Origin: a virus
Strand: one strand, 5' to 3'
Virus record (IMG/VR): IMGVR_UViG_3300021088_000005
Coordinates: 1-64,000 of that record
Length of the DNA stretch: 64,000 bases
In this document: positions 48,345-58,188 of the stretch, one piece after another
Layout: every line of letters begins with the position of its first letter
How positions within the stretch are numbered: the first letter of the stretch is position 1
The notes under the pieces: generated by a model
The model's input: the letters and a program-made list of their open reading frames with translations, nothing else
Database searches by the model: none
Told to the model about the DNA's origin: nothing
Made by a program: the position numbers and the translations under genes

Positions 48345-51300
48345 TTATTCCTCTGGAGGCTGCTCTACCGTACCGAAAACGGTTAGGGACAATACCTCGT
48401 TCGCAAAATTTTCCGCAGGGAAGCTTACCTTGACCTGCATGTGTTCCGCTAGAGCAGGAACTCCTGCCGCACGGAAGTAATACGCATTTGAATACAAACT
48501 TGTCGGCTGTTTAGTAGCCCCGTATATCTGCCACGGATACGCCTGAGACTGCGGGAATGTCGTGAATGTTCCGGATATTTCGTTCAACAAGAATCCGACA
48601 GTTGGGGTTGTTCCTACGCGAGTTGCTCGCAGGTTAACGAATGTCAATCCGGCGATCTGCCCTGGGTTTACCAGGTTGATGTTGCCCATCGTGAAACTGC
48701 AAGTATATGGGGTTCCGTCGTCCTCGTAAGTTGAGAAGTCTCTTTGCAAAATATGCTTGTTTGAGCCGATTCCGCCTACAAGTAGTCTGTGAACGCCATT
48801 AGAAACTTCGATGCTCAACACTGCTCCCGCACCACCTGTAATTGTCGCAAACGGACTCCATACTGCAAGGTTGTTCGGGAATTGGCTCGGATTCAGTCGG
48901 TACCAGCCTGTTACTCCGTCTGATATATAGACAGCATTGTCATTGCCGCTTTCGTGAACGGTGACGAATACTTTGGTTGAATCGAACAATGCGAGCTTGT
49001 CCTGGATAGGACCGCCCATACGCTGCGCACCACCGCTAGGGTCTAAACTGATAAACTGGTTGTCGGAAGTGTACATGTAAATAACGCCGCCATGAATATC
49101 CAGAGCGTTGTAGTGCAGCAATCCGACTCCTGGAATCATCGGGGTTGGGAAGAACGTAGTGAATACAGGTCCGCCCAATATAGCGTAAACATCTGATGTT
49201 AAGAATACCAAAATGCCTGTTGCTGTCGGCACAATCCTAGTTACCGGACTCGGGAACTCAAAGAAGTCCAACGGGTCGAACGCTTCGTTCGGATTTCCGG
49301 TCAATACATCCGGTCCGCCAGAAGCAAACACGAAGTTTCCTACCGCACCCCAAATTCTCTCGAAGTGATACGCCATAGGCAAGAATCCCGCAGGCGGAGG
49401 GTTGTTTTGGTTGTTGATCGGCGCTTCGATGAACTGGTTTATAACAGAATCCGGCTGCACGTCCTTGACAGTTTGGAACTGTTGAATTCCGCCAATCGGA
49501 GGAGTATTTGGAACTTCGGTCAAGAAGAACAAAGTGCTTCCGCCGTCTAGAGTTCTCCAGATTACGATAGTATCTACCTGAGGGTCAGGTGATCCCGGAA
49601 TTGTCAACGTGACCACAGATGTAGGGAACGCAGACGAGAACGTAAACAACGGTGACGCAGTTGACACATGCCCGGTTCCCGACCCTGTCGGAGGTCCTAG
49701 AGCACTCGGCCAGTCTGGGGGAGCAGTCGTATTATAGATATCGTTTGCAGTACGACTCTTGTAGCTATACGCATACGACACACTCTTTGTGATCGAAAAT
49801 CCTTGAGTCTGCGCTACTCCAAGATTGAACCAAACTAATCCGTGGGTTGCTATGCCAGAGTGGGTTTCGTTAACTTGGGTTGTGGTTGTGACAACCAATG
49901 TTGTTGCGGTTGAAGCTGTCACCTTTGCTATTACGTTATTTCCGAAGTTCGTGAACCCAGAGAACAAAAATGAGCTACCAGCATAAGCGTTTCCCGCACC
50001 GCCAGTTATTGTTCCGGTATACGTAGTTGACGGTCCGGCAACAGTTACTTGGGTCAGAGCAAAAATACTATCGCTGTCTGCTGTAAGATTTCCAGACGCA
50101 GCCCACGTAGGATGCGCACCTGTCTTACTTTGGCCTGACCTGACCGCAGCTTCGATATTGTTGTTGCTATCGATAATCAGCGCTCCGCCATATGGAACTG
50201 CTCCGCTAGGAGGGAACCATCCGGTAGTCGGCAAATACCATGTCTGATTAGCAGCCCAAGTTAACACTTGTCCTACGCAGGTCCATACTACAGTACCGTC
50301 TACAGTGGTCTGCCCGTATCCTTCTGCCCACGAAATACTTGATGTAGCCGTAGCAGACGAGACTCCGCTAGTGGTGCAAACCTGGAAGTTAGCGTTAGCA
50401 TCAATGATTACAGAGAATACCGTGCCTTGAGCGGTAAACGCCACATACGCAGTGTTTGTCAACCTTGTAGAAGACCCAAGGTTCAACCACGCAAGTTGGT
50501 TATCCCCGGTCACTGTTCCTGTGGTGATCGACCACGGTGGTGAAGTTCCACCTGCTCCGGTTGTCTGTGTTGACCCTGTGAAGTTTACCTGATAGAAAAC
50601 CGTCTGATTACTTGGCAATCCACCAGCTAGACCAACAGGCTCGACTACTGTGTTGGTTCGCGAACCGTCTAGTGTGGGAACAACCATTCCTGGCTTCCAC
50701 GGCTGCGGAGTCTTCTGCACGCCAAAGTTAAACCAGATCAGGTTGTTATCTGGGACTGATCCGCCGACTGCTGCGGAGAAGTTCGGACGTGTTGTTCCGC
50801 TTGTTCCGGCGGGGTTAGCCTGCACCTGACAGCAATTTGTGATCGGATCAAATATGATGCAAGGGCTTAATAAAGTTCCACCTGTGGCACTGTTATTGTA
50901 CGAATGCCCCGGTTGCCAGAACGTAATCGGGCCGAAGTTCGTCCAGTCCCACCCGTTATCTAGAGTGAATCCGCCGGGAGTCTGATTCCAGTTTGGCTCT
51001 CCGTTTCCGCCCAATCCGAAACGAGTAGAGTTAGGGTTTGTTGCTGGCTGCGCGTTAACTGAAATTAACTGCTCGATGTTTCCGTTAGAATCTAAGATCA
51101 GCCCCATCGTAGAGAATACGGTATCCTGCTGCCACTGCACTGTCGCAGATGCGCTCGGAGTGATTGTAACGACCGGAGCCGTAGGTCCGGCCACTATTCC
51201 CCAATTCGATACCTTACCGTTAGCCGGGTTGCAGTCCGCTCCGAGAATGAACTTCTGTAAATCAACTCCGTCTCCGTAATACAGGGTATCTGCTACGCCC

Positions 51301-51701
51301 TGGTACTGCCCCTGGTGCGCTCCCGCAGACTTCGTGAAGATCAGGTTCTGGGTTGTCGCACTCTGAATATAAGTAGACGTAGTTGTATCTACAACCACCT
51401 TAGGACCGCAAGACAAAGTTCTCCAATCGTAGAACCAGTTTATCTGATCTGGGACTGTGACTGAAGACCATTCGGACAATCCTGGGCGACGTATAAGAGT
51501 AAGCGCGTTGCTTATCTCCATGTTGCTGCCGTCGATCAATGCATCCGGATAGCCGCCATACTTTGAAATGTACCAAGACGCAGGATCGTGAAGTGGAGAC
51601 CTATTGGTGAACAACCCGGTCTCCATTCTCGCGATATGTATTGGCTTGCCACGCGAAGGATTTCTTACCTGCGCTCCGACAGCTTCCAGCATTCCTGTCA
51701 T
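48345..51701 (-). CDS. Tail nozzle (tubular protein B-like) with inserted Trp-rich repeats
   Basis: N-terminal NMEISNALTLIRRPG; propeller-like C-part; five W..D...W.(N/C).G repeats. Confidence 0.7.
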   Translation of the reverse strand: MTGMLEAVGAQVRNPSRGKPIHIARMETGLFTNRSPLHDPASWYISKYGGYPDALIDGSNMEISNALTLIRRPGLSEWSSVTVPDQINWFYDWRTLSCGPKVVVDTTTSTYIQSATTQNLIFTKSAGAHQGQYQGVADTLYYGDGVDLQKFILGADCNPANGKVSNWGIVAGPTAPVVTITPSASATVQWQQDTVFSTMGLILDSNGNIEQLISVNAQPATNPNSTRFGLGGNGEPNWNQTPGGFTLDNGWDWTNFGPITFWQPGHSYNNSATGGTLLSPCIIFDPITNCCQVQANPAGTSGTTRPNFSAAVGGSVPDNNLIWFNFGVQKTPQPWKPGMVVPTLDGSRTNTVVEPVGLAGGLPSNQTVFYQVNFTGSTQTTGAGGTSPPWSITTGTVTGDNQLAWLNLGSSTRLTNTAYVAFTAQGTVFSVIIDANANFQVCTTSGVSSATATSSISWAEGYGQTTVDGTVVWTCVGQVLTWAANQTWYLPTTGWFPPSGAVPYGGALIIDSNNNIEAAVRSGQSKTGAHPTWAASGNLTADSDSIFALTQVTVAGPSTTYTGTITGGAGNAYAGSSFLFSGFTNFGNNVIAKVTASTATTLVVTTTTQVNETHSGIATHGLVWFNLGVAQTQGFSITKSVSYAYSYKSRTANDIYNTTAPPDWPSALGPPTGSGTGHVSTASPLFTFSSAFPTSVVTLTIPGSPDPQVDTIVIWRTLDGGSTLFFLTEVPNTPPIGGIQQFQTVKDVQPDSVINQFIEAPINNQNNPPPAGFLPMAYHFERIWGAVGNFVFASGGPDVLTGNPNEAFDPLDFFEFPSPVTRIVPTATGILVFLTSDVYAILGGPVFTTFFPTPMIPGVGLLHYNALDIHGGVIYMYTSDNQFISLDPSGGAQRMGGPIQDKLALFDSTKVFVTVHESGNDNAVYISDGVTGWYRLNPSQFPNNLAVWSPFATITGGAGAVLSIEVSNGVHRLLVGGIGSNKHILQRDFSTYEDDGTPYTCSFTMGNINLVNPGQIAGLTFVNLRATRVGTTPTVGFLLNEISGTFTTFPQSQAYPWQIYGATKQPTSLYSNAYYFRAAGVPALAEHMQVKVSFPAENFANEVLSLTVFGTVEQPPEE

Positions 51702-53758
51702 TATCCGCGTCCTCTAGCTGCTTCGCCCTGTTGGGTTTGAATCTGGTTTATCAACTGCTGTGCGTTGACGTTCATGTAGCTCGCCATGAATGCTACACGA
51801 TCCATCTGTGTTAATCCTTCTGTCTTGCCTAGAAGTCCTGCTACTCCACGAGCGATATACTGTGGTGCGCGTGGGTCTTGGCATGAGTCCATGTAATACC
51901 CTAAGCATAGATTGTTGTATATATCCGAGAACGAATCCGGAATTGGGGACCAGGAGTCAGTAACCGCTGTGAACTGAACAGGTTTCTTCTGGTATATCAA
52001 GTTAACTGGAAATATCTTATTTGGTACGGCTGAAAATCTAAATATAGGAGAGACATTTCCTAGGCCGGGAAGTGTCGGATATCCGACAAGTACTGCCTGC
52101 CACTCCGCTGAGGACGCCTGCGTCCAACTTGATGAGTATGTACCCGCTGTAGAAGCCAGCAGCGCAGCAGTACTTAGTTGAACATTGACAAGAGCCGAAT
52201 CCGCAATGGTCCCTGATTGTAGAAGGCTAAACGGCGCTGTAGCCGTAGCTGGCGGAGCGTACCCGGTTGTGAAGGATATTAAAACTTCATTATCCAGTGG
52301 GGTAACTATAGAAGTGGAAGACCAAGATGATCCGGTGCCCTGGCTGTTAACCGGAAATGTAAGCTGTATTGGACCGACTCCTGTTAGAAGCGCCCCCTGA
52401 ACGAGGAAGTTTCTAGGTCCCGGTCCGGTGATAGTGATAACGCTGGTTCCGGAAGCCGTCACAGGCATATTGTATACAACAAATTGGTGATCGTCAACAA
52501 CTGATGGAACTGTCGCAACTGTGAGTGTAACCGCAGTTGCGATGGTAACAGCCCCGGAACTAGTTACTATGCCAGCTAGGGCTCGACCATTAAAAGTTCC
52601 GCCGCCAAGAGTAATACTCGTATTAGCCAGAATGTTGCCGTTAAATACTCCTATGGTTCCTACAGTGGTAGCAGAACTACCTACAAGCCAAACCACATTT
52701 TCAGCACGAGCACCGTTAACCAAAAGAATGGATGCCCCGCTCTCCAAAGTAAGCGTGCTTCCAGCCTTAAAAACGAACATGGCATTTGAATTTCCTTGCG
52801 CGTCCAATGTAATGCTGGTCGGAATGTCCATACTTGTACCAGCGGAATAATTGCCAGGAATATAGGTGCTAGCGTTAGAACCGTTTCCTAGAACAGATAG
52901 ATTAGCAGAAGAACCGCTCAATGACGTAAAACTTAATGCGCTGTAAAAGTTATACGCAGTAAGCGCATCGGTTAACGCCGCAGAAGCACCAGTATTGTTG
53001 ATTGCCGCAGGAGGGGTGAAATTTGCCCCGGTAAAGCCTGTCTCGGTAGCAGTCGGGAACGATCCGATATTACCGCCAGTAATTAGGGTTGCGCCGGAGT
53101 TCGTAATTCCCGCTGCGGCAAGGATAGCGTACGCAGCAGCCGTGCCTAGTTTCGTTGCTACCGGGTCCGATCCCGGAAATGACGCGTTCTGTGATGAAAC
53201 TAGGGTTATCACATTGCCCAAATTATCCGAAACACTTGTGGGATTCCCTACACCGTCACTCATATCAAGCCCGAATACGAGAGTATCTCCGGCTAAAATT
53301 GTTTGAGGTACGGTAAAGCTAAAAGTTGTCTGTCCCGTAAAATTTGAAGAAGAGAAGCTAGTCTTGATTACGGAGTTCAGATTCGGCGTTAGCGGCGTTA
53401 CTCCGAAACGCTGAACTGATATAACTTCAGGACGAGCCTGTGTTGAAGACTTTGCAAGAGACACGGTATTCTGAATGTCCTTCAACTCATAAAGTTTACC
53501 ATCGGTATCCTGCACTGTAGTCTGTTCTAGGAACCCGAAATCCAGGATACTTGTCGGGTAATCTTGTTGAGATATAACTGTTGTGATACTGTCGTCAAAG
53601 TTACGATTGAACGGCCAGGTGAACGGTGCAGATAGGATTAAGTTACGAACAATGTTCGCAATTCCTATGAATGGCATGCCGTTAGTGCCTATATTGGCTG
53701 GCATATACCGACAGTACGGTACGACATAGTTGATGGTGTCTTGTAGAGTATTAGTCAT
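51701..53758 (-). CDS. Head-tail adaptor-like protein carrying a DUF3494 ice-binding domain
   Basis: Adaptor halves (PFTWPFNR...QQDY / FRFSAVPNK...IYQKKP...PIPD) flank LGTAAAYAILAAAGITNSG...ITLDAQGNSNAMFVFK...NGARAENVVWLVGSSAT...GRALA. Confidence 0.8.
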   Translation of the reverse strand: MTNTLQDTINYVVPYCRYMPANIGTNGMPFIGIANIVRNLILSAPFTWPFNRNFDDSITTVISQQDYPTSILDFGFLEQTTVQDTDGKLYELKDIQNTVSLAKSSTQARPEVISVQRFGVTPLTPNLNSVIKTSFSSSNFTGQTTFSFTVPQTILAGDTLVFGLDMSDGVGNPTSVSDNLGNVITLVSSQNASFPGSDPVATKLGTAAAYAILAAAGITNSGATLITGGNIGSFPTATETGFTGANFTPPAAINNTGASAALTDALTAYNFYSALSFTSLSGSSANLSVLGNGSNASTYIPGNYSAGTSMDIPTSITLDAQGNSNAMFVFKAGSTLTLESGASILLVNGARAENVVWLVGSSATTVGTIGVFNGNILANTSITLGGGTFNGRALAGIVTSSGAVTIATAVTLTVATVPSVVDDHQFVVYNMPVTASGTSVITITGPGPRNFLVQGALLTGVGPIQLTFPVNSQGTGSSWSSTSIVTPLDNEVLISFTTGYAPPATATAPFSLLQSGTIADSALVNVQLSTAALLASTAGTYSSSWTQASSAEWQAVLVGYPTLPGLGNVSPIFRFSAVPNKIFPVNLIYQKKPVQFTAVTDSWSPIPDSFSDIYNNLCLGYYMDSCQDPRAPQYIARGVAGLLGKTEGLTQMDRVAFMASYMNVNAQQLINQIQTQQGEAARGRG

Positions 53759-53761
53759 AAA

Positions 53762-54847
53762 TTATCTCGGGTACTGGAACGGCCACGCCGCCCCCTGATA
53801 TCGACCGTTTCTTCCGCCTCCGCCCCTGCTGGTGACTCCCTGCTCCGGGACGAATCGGTTCTCTTCAAGTTCACGGTCTTCGTTCGCACGTAGGTCGTTC
53901 AAACTCTTTAGCCAAATCTGGTAGTTCTTCTCGAACTTCGCCTGGACAGATGCAACTGAACTGTAGCGATAGCACTGCGCGATAACTCCCTGGCGGAAGT
54001 ACGGCTCGTATCTATCCGGCATCGGAGCTAGGGTGTTATCCAAACTTGTAAATCGAACAGGAGGCATCTGTGCGACTAGCTTAAACTGGAACACTGGCCC
54101 GGTCTTTGACGGCACTGGAAGAATACGGATGCCTACTCCGTCAGGGTCTACTACTGTCCAAACTGTGCCGCCGTCTACTGTGTTTGTTCCTGGTGCTGCG
54201 CCAGCGTTCGGCCAATTAGGTGCGGTTGCTCCGCAGGTGCCGTATGTTGTGACAACCTGAAGGTTGCCGTTCGGATCAATTATCTGTGTGATGGGGTTTG
54301 AAGGCTGGTCGTTCGCAGTTGCGTTCAATGGGTTTGTGTACACTGCGTTCGGGCCTGGGTTGTTTCCGATTGTAGGATTACCTGTGTCGGTAGCTCCCCA
54401 TGTTCCGTAGTACAACATGCTGTTCGGAAACCAACTTGCCAAGAATGTCGGGTAAGACCATCCTGCAACCTGCTGGAAGGTTCCTGTGGCTTGCGCCAAC
54501 TGGCGACCACACTCTACGTACCCAAATGGCTTCGGTATCGCATTATTGGTTGACATCAGAATAGCAACCCCGCGCTCAAGCCATTCAACATTGTAGACGC
54601 TAGTGCCGTTCGGATTCAATAGAGCATAGTCCTGTTGGTAGCTGTTTGTGTAGAAATCGGGCAGCTTGACTTCGTTCCACTTGTGAGGGAACGGAACCCC
54701 GCAGATTTCAGTCATAACATCGGTGCAGATAGTAATGAACGGCTCCAACTGGAAGCCGCCGACATTAGCTAAAACCGGGTTCACGTCTCCGAGAGGCTGA
54801 ACCTTATCGAGAATGTTTTGTAGTGTGTATCTAGGTAGAGGAGCCAT
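53762..54847 (-). CDS. Second adaptor-like protein (paralog)
   Basis: PFPHKWN...YQQDY; IRILPVP...PVRFTSL...PMPD; one Trp-rich insert. Confidence 0.65.
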   Translation of the reverse strand: MAPLPRYTLQNILDKVQPLGDVNPVLANVGGFQLEPFITICTDVMTEICGVPFPHKWNEVKLPDFYTNSYQQDYALLNPNGTSVYNVEWLERGVAILMSTNNAIPKPFGYVECGRQLAQATGTFQQVAGWSYPTFLASWFPNSMLYYGTWGATDTGNPTIGNNPGPNAVYTNPLNATANDQPSNPITQIIDPNGNLQVVTTYGTCGATAPNWPNAGAAPGTNTVDGGTVWTVVDPDGVGIRILPVPSKTGPVFQFKLVAQMPPVRFTSLDNTLAPMPDRYEPYFRQGVIAQCYRYSSVASVQAKFEKNYQIWLKSLNDLRANEDRELEENRFVPEQGVTSRGGGGRNGRYQGAAWPFQYPR

Positions 54848-54943
54848 GGTGTTCGACCAGGCTACGGAAAGGCGGGTCTCCAAGACCCATTGTGCCGTAG
54901 TCTTAGAGTGATTCGGAATGGTATATCAGGGTCGATCTCCTAT

Positions 54944-54970
54944 AAAAGTTGGGGCTCGTGTGAGCCCCTA
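54944..54970 (-). terminator. Rho-independent terminator
   Basis: Minus strand GGGGCTC-ACAC-GAGCCCC then AACTTTT. Confidence 0.6.
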
Positions 54971-54978
54971 GACTGCGC

Positions 54979-55509
54979 TTAGGCTAAATCTGCGGTATTG
55001 GTTTGGATCGGCTGCGTATTCAACTGAACTTCTGATGCTGCTGCCGTGTTTGTAGACTCCTGGACCATCGCATACGCTTGCTTCCAGCCTATTCCCGTAT
55101 GGTTCGGAACCTTCTGTCCCTTTCGGACTAGGGTTTCCGCTGTGTCCAAGCTACGCCACTTCATTCCGCAAATCTGGCAACGGATATAGCTTGAGGCATC
55201 GGTAAACGTAAAGAAATACACCGCGTAATCGGTCTTCGGTGACTTCAATCCTCTGCCGCCCTTCTTGTGAGTACACATTTGCTGAATCTTATTCTTTTCG
55301 GCAACTGAGTACTCGGCGTTGATGCGGCGCTGCTCGTTCTTAGCCGCTAACGCTCGTGCTTTCTCTTGTCTATCTTGCAGTGCTTCCTGGCGCTCTGCCA
55401 ATAGAAGCTGGACCAACATTTGTAAGGTCGCTGCATCGGTTGCTGCTGGTGTTGCTGGCGCTGGAGCAGGAGTGCCCTGTCCAGACGCAGGCTTCGTCTG
55501 ATCTGTCAT
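54979..55509 (-). CDS. Zn-binding protein, paralog of 14458..14865
   Basis: CTHKKG...DYA...CQICG...STNTAAASEV. Confidence 0.65.
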   Translation of the reverse strand: MTDQTKPASGQGTPAPAPATPAATDAATLQMLVQLLLAERQEALQDRQEKARALAAKNEQRRINAEYSVAEKNKIQQMCTHKKGGRGLKSPKTDYAVYFFTFTDASSYIRCQICGMKWRSLDTAETLVRKGQKVPNHTGIGWKQAYAMVQESTNTAAASEVQLNTQPIQTNTADLA

Positions 55510-55587
55510 GATGACTCACTTCAGGGCACTGCCCTGGTTTCCGGTTAACCCCGGTAAGGTTGTTTTCGGCTACAAGCCGTCGGAATT

Positions 55588-56238
55588 CTACTCCTGGTCC
55601 GCCCAGGTTGCATTGCTTGTTAGCTCTCGTCTATTACGGAGCCAGTACAAGCTTTTGCGGAATCGCCTGCTGACAGGTCCGTCAGTAGGGTGACCGAATA
55701 TCTCATGGGCTCTTGCCTCTGAGACGATTCCTTTTTCGATCAACTGGACTTCGACTGTGCGCCATCCGCGAAATGCCTCTCCATTTGGCATGCCACGTTT
55801 GTCCAGTCGCAAGACAGACCATTCGTACATAGCGGGCACTTGGAGGTAGCACACTGGTACGACGTGATCTGTTCCTGGTTTGAAAGCCCATAATGCCACG
55901 GTAGCGGGCGGGAACCCGTTATCGATGGTGTAGCACTTAACGCCTTCGTTACGAAGTTTCTCTATGAAGTCCCGAGTACGGATGGGATTGACCTTCCTTG
56001 CTAATTCATTGATTAGCAATTCCTGATCTTCCATCTTGTACCGATACGCCATTTTATCTGACACTTCTTTGTCAGCGAGAATCGCTTCTTGGGCGAATGC
56101 TTTATAGTCTTTCGGCCACTTGAACCAATTTGGGGTTCCACCAGCGAGAAGTTTCTTGATTGTCTCTCGCGTAGTCTTCAAATCCCGATTAACCTCCCAC
56201 GGTTTATCGAGGTTTTGCAGCGGCGGCTTATTAGCCAT
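55588..56238 (-). CDS. Hypothetical protein in the head module
   Basis: 216-aa ORF with SD AAGGA. Confidence 0.65.
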   Translation of the reverse strand: MANKPPLQNLDKPWEVNRDLKTTRETIKKLLAGGTPNWFKWPKDYKAFAQEAILADKEVSDKMAYRYKMEDQELLINELARKVNPIRTRDFIEKLRNEGVKCYTIDNGFPPATVALWAFKPGTDHVVPVCYLQVPAMYEWSVLRLDKRGMPNGEAFRGWRTVEVQLIEKGIVSEARAHEIFGHPTDGPVSRRFRKSLYWLRNRRELTSNATWADQE

Positions 56239-56240
56239 GT

Positions 56241-56768
56241 TCAGTCCTTTATTGCTCTTCGGCGCTGCTGCGCCAAAGACAAATTGTGTTTATGCTCTTC
56301 CGTAAAAACACGACCTTTTGCCTTTTCAGACATCAGTCTTTTTGTTTCTTCGGAGTGCTTCATGCCGAGGCGAGCTTTATTGCCCATCTTAGCGACGGAA
56401 ATCTTTTTGCAATGCTCATCAGACTTCACGTGCTCTGACATACGACGTTTGGTGTCTTCGGACAAACGGAAGCCTAACATCCCTCCGCCGCCGTCAGTTA
56501 GATTATACCCCTTTTCGGGGTTCCTCAAGTCTAAAAACTTAATTAATTCGCGTTCGTAGAAATCCATATCTTCTTTTGTTTTAACAAAAGCCAAGGTTTC
56601 TATCTCAAAATTATCTATGCCGTACTTCTGAATGGCATTATATAAATACGATGGTCTGCGGTGAGTGAATGGCTTTTGATGCCTCTTCCACCGTTTGTCT
56701 AGGCTTTGAGATGTTTGCCCAACATACTGCTTACCGTTAATTTTGTTTGTAACAATATAAATCTGCAT
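56241..56768 (-). CDS. Free-standing GIY-YIG homing endonuclease with NUMOD3-like repeats
   Basis: IYIVTNKINGKQYVGQT...GYNLTDGG; LSEDTKRRMS, HSEETKRLMS, FTEEHKHNLS. Confidence 0.9.
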   Translation of the reverse strand: MQIYIVTNKINGKQYVGQTSQSLDKRWKRHQKPFTHRRPSYLYNAIQKYGIDNFEIETLAFVKTKEDMDFYERELIKFLDLRNPEKGYNLTDGGGGMLGFRLSEDTKRRMSEHVKSDEHCKKISVAKMGNKARLGMKHSEETKRLMSEKAKGRVFTEEHKHNLSLAQQRRRAIKD

Positions 56769-56788
56769 TTTGTTCTCCTCAAAAGAAC

Positions 56789-56856
56789 GGGTCGGGAGAT
56801 ATGTTTGAGGCATATCTCCCACCCTAATCCTAACACGGATGGCCGTCCGTTGTCAA
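56789..56856 (-). promoter_or_regulatory. Promoter and leader hairpin of the GIY-YIG gene
   Basis: TTGACA-18-TAGGAT; 10-bp stem GGGAGATATG/CATATCTCCC followed by TTCTTTT just before SD GAGGAG. Confidence 0.65.
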
Positions 56857-56863
56857 GAGTTAT

Positions 56864-58145
56864 TTACTGAATGGCCGGAACGCTGTCGATCCAACGCATT
56901 CTCTGCGTATTGGCCCCGCGTGCCGGAGGAAGTGATACTGTTTGGTGGCAGTTTTGTTACCTCAATCTCTTGAGGGGTTAGTCATTTCTGCTAACCTCAC
57001 ACGGTTGTTATTCCCGTGTAGCTCAGACTATTGCATCACCCTGTCGGGTGTTCTCTCGCTTAGTCGTTCAGGCTACCTTTCGGCTTGCCCCTCGTTGGCA
57101 TTTCAGCGTTCGAGTCAATCAGAGAGAATTTTCTAACGATAGATTACGCTATCGCGAGTCCATTGTTAACGGATGTATCAAGTCCATTAACGTCAAACTT
57201 ATATGAGCACCAGCCCCCGATTGTTGCTGTCGGGTCGAAGCTGGACGGTGGTGCATTGTCCACAACCTTACAGTCAATCGTGCGCCAGTCGCCTTCACCT
57301 AGGTCCACGTCGCCCGGAACTTCCAACCATACGCCGATCAAAGCGTAGTTACCGAACACATAGGTTCGATAGCCGATCTTACTAGTTGACTGGTAGTTCG
57401 CGGTTGTGGTAACGAACGGAGTCTGACGTAGCACTATGTTCGTACCCGGAAGCTCGATGTCCATCTTCTGGTCTGCACCAGCGATCTTGTCGAACTTCTC
57501 GATGTTGCCAAGCTTCCACAAGTCAACGATTGAGTTGTTCACTGTCGTTGCGTTGAAGATGTCGCCTAGCACGTTCGGGGAAACTGCGCCCATGAACTTC
57601 CCGGCCTTGCAAGGAAGCACGTTCTTTGAAACTAGCTGCTGCTTCAACTCACGGATTGTGCCCAAATCGAGCGTGTACGGAGATGATAGCAAGCTGCTTT
57701 GGTTAACCTGGGTGTCTACAGAAGATGCGCCTGCTGCGTCAGCTACTGCGCTGTACAACTCAGAGATGCTCTGTCCTGCCTGGTAGCCTAGCTCGACTGC
57801 GCTGTTTCCAACTACGTCGTCTAGTGCGCTGGCAATAACAAAGGAACTGAAGTTGCTGTAATTGTTCCACTCACCCACCTGAGCAGGAGAACTGATCTGC
57901 CCGATGAATTCAGGTGAACCTACAACACCGTCTCCAACCTGGGTTGTGTCCCCGGTTAGGGTGTTGTACTGGAAGAACTGACGGTTGATACCAGCGTTCA
58001 ACGGCTGGACACGTCGTTCTGCCGCCGCCAAGAATGCATCTGTTTCTCCCTTTAGGTTCGGGATAAGTTCCTTATCGAACAAGATGCTCTGTGCGGTCAA
58101 TATATTTCCTACGTTTGCTGCTGATGGGGTTGGTGATCCAGCCAT
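56864..58145 (-). CDS. Major capsid protein, spliced: join(58145..57196, 56948..56864), 344 aa
   Basis: Follows the scaffold; exon 1 ends DPTATIGGWCSYK-TT, exon 2 C-HQTVSLPPARGANTQRMRWIDSVPAIQ restores the frame. Confidence 0.85.
56949..57195 (-). mobile_element. Group I intron (247 nt, no ORF) in the capsid gene
   Basis: P1 AAGTT^T/GGACTT with U-G at the splice site; P3 TTCTCTC/GAGAGAA; P7 GACTA/TAGTC in AACGACTAAG and GCAATAGTCT; terminal G. Confidence 0.88.
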
Positions 58146-58188
58146 GGCTGAACCTCGTGTGCGTTAACTCCGCTTGCGCGGGATGCGG

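Noticed and set aside
57144-57195. DVNGLDTSVNNGLAIA as the true capsid C-terminus
   Set aside because: It is read-through into intron P1; a better in-frame exon 2 exists.
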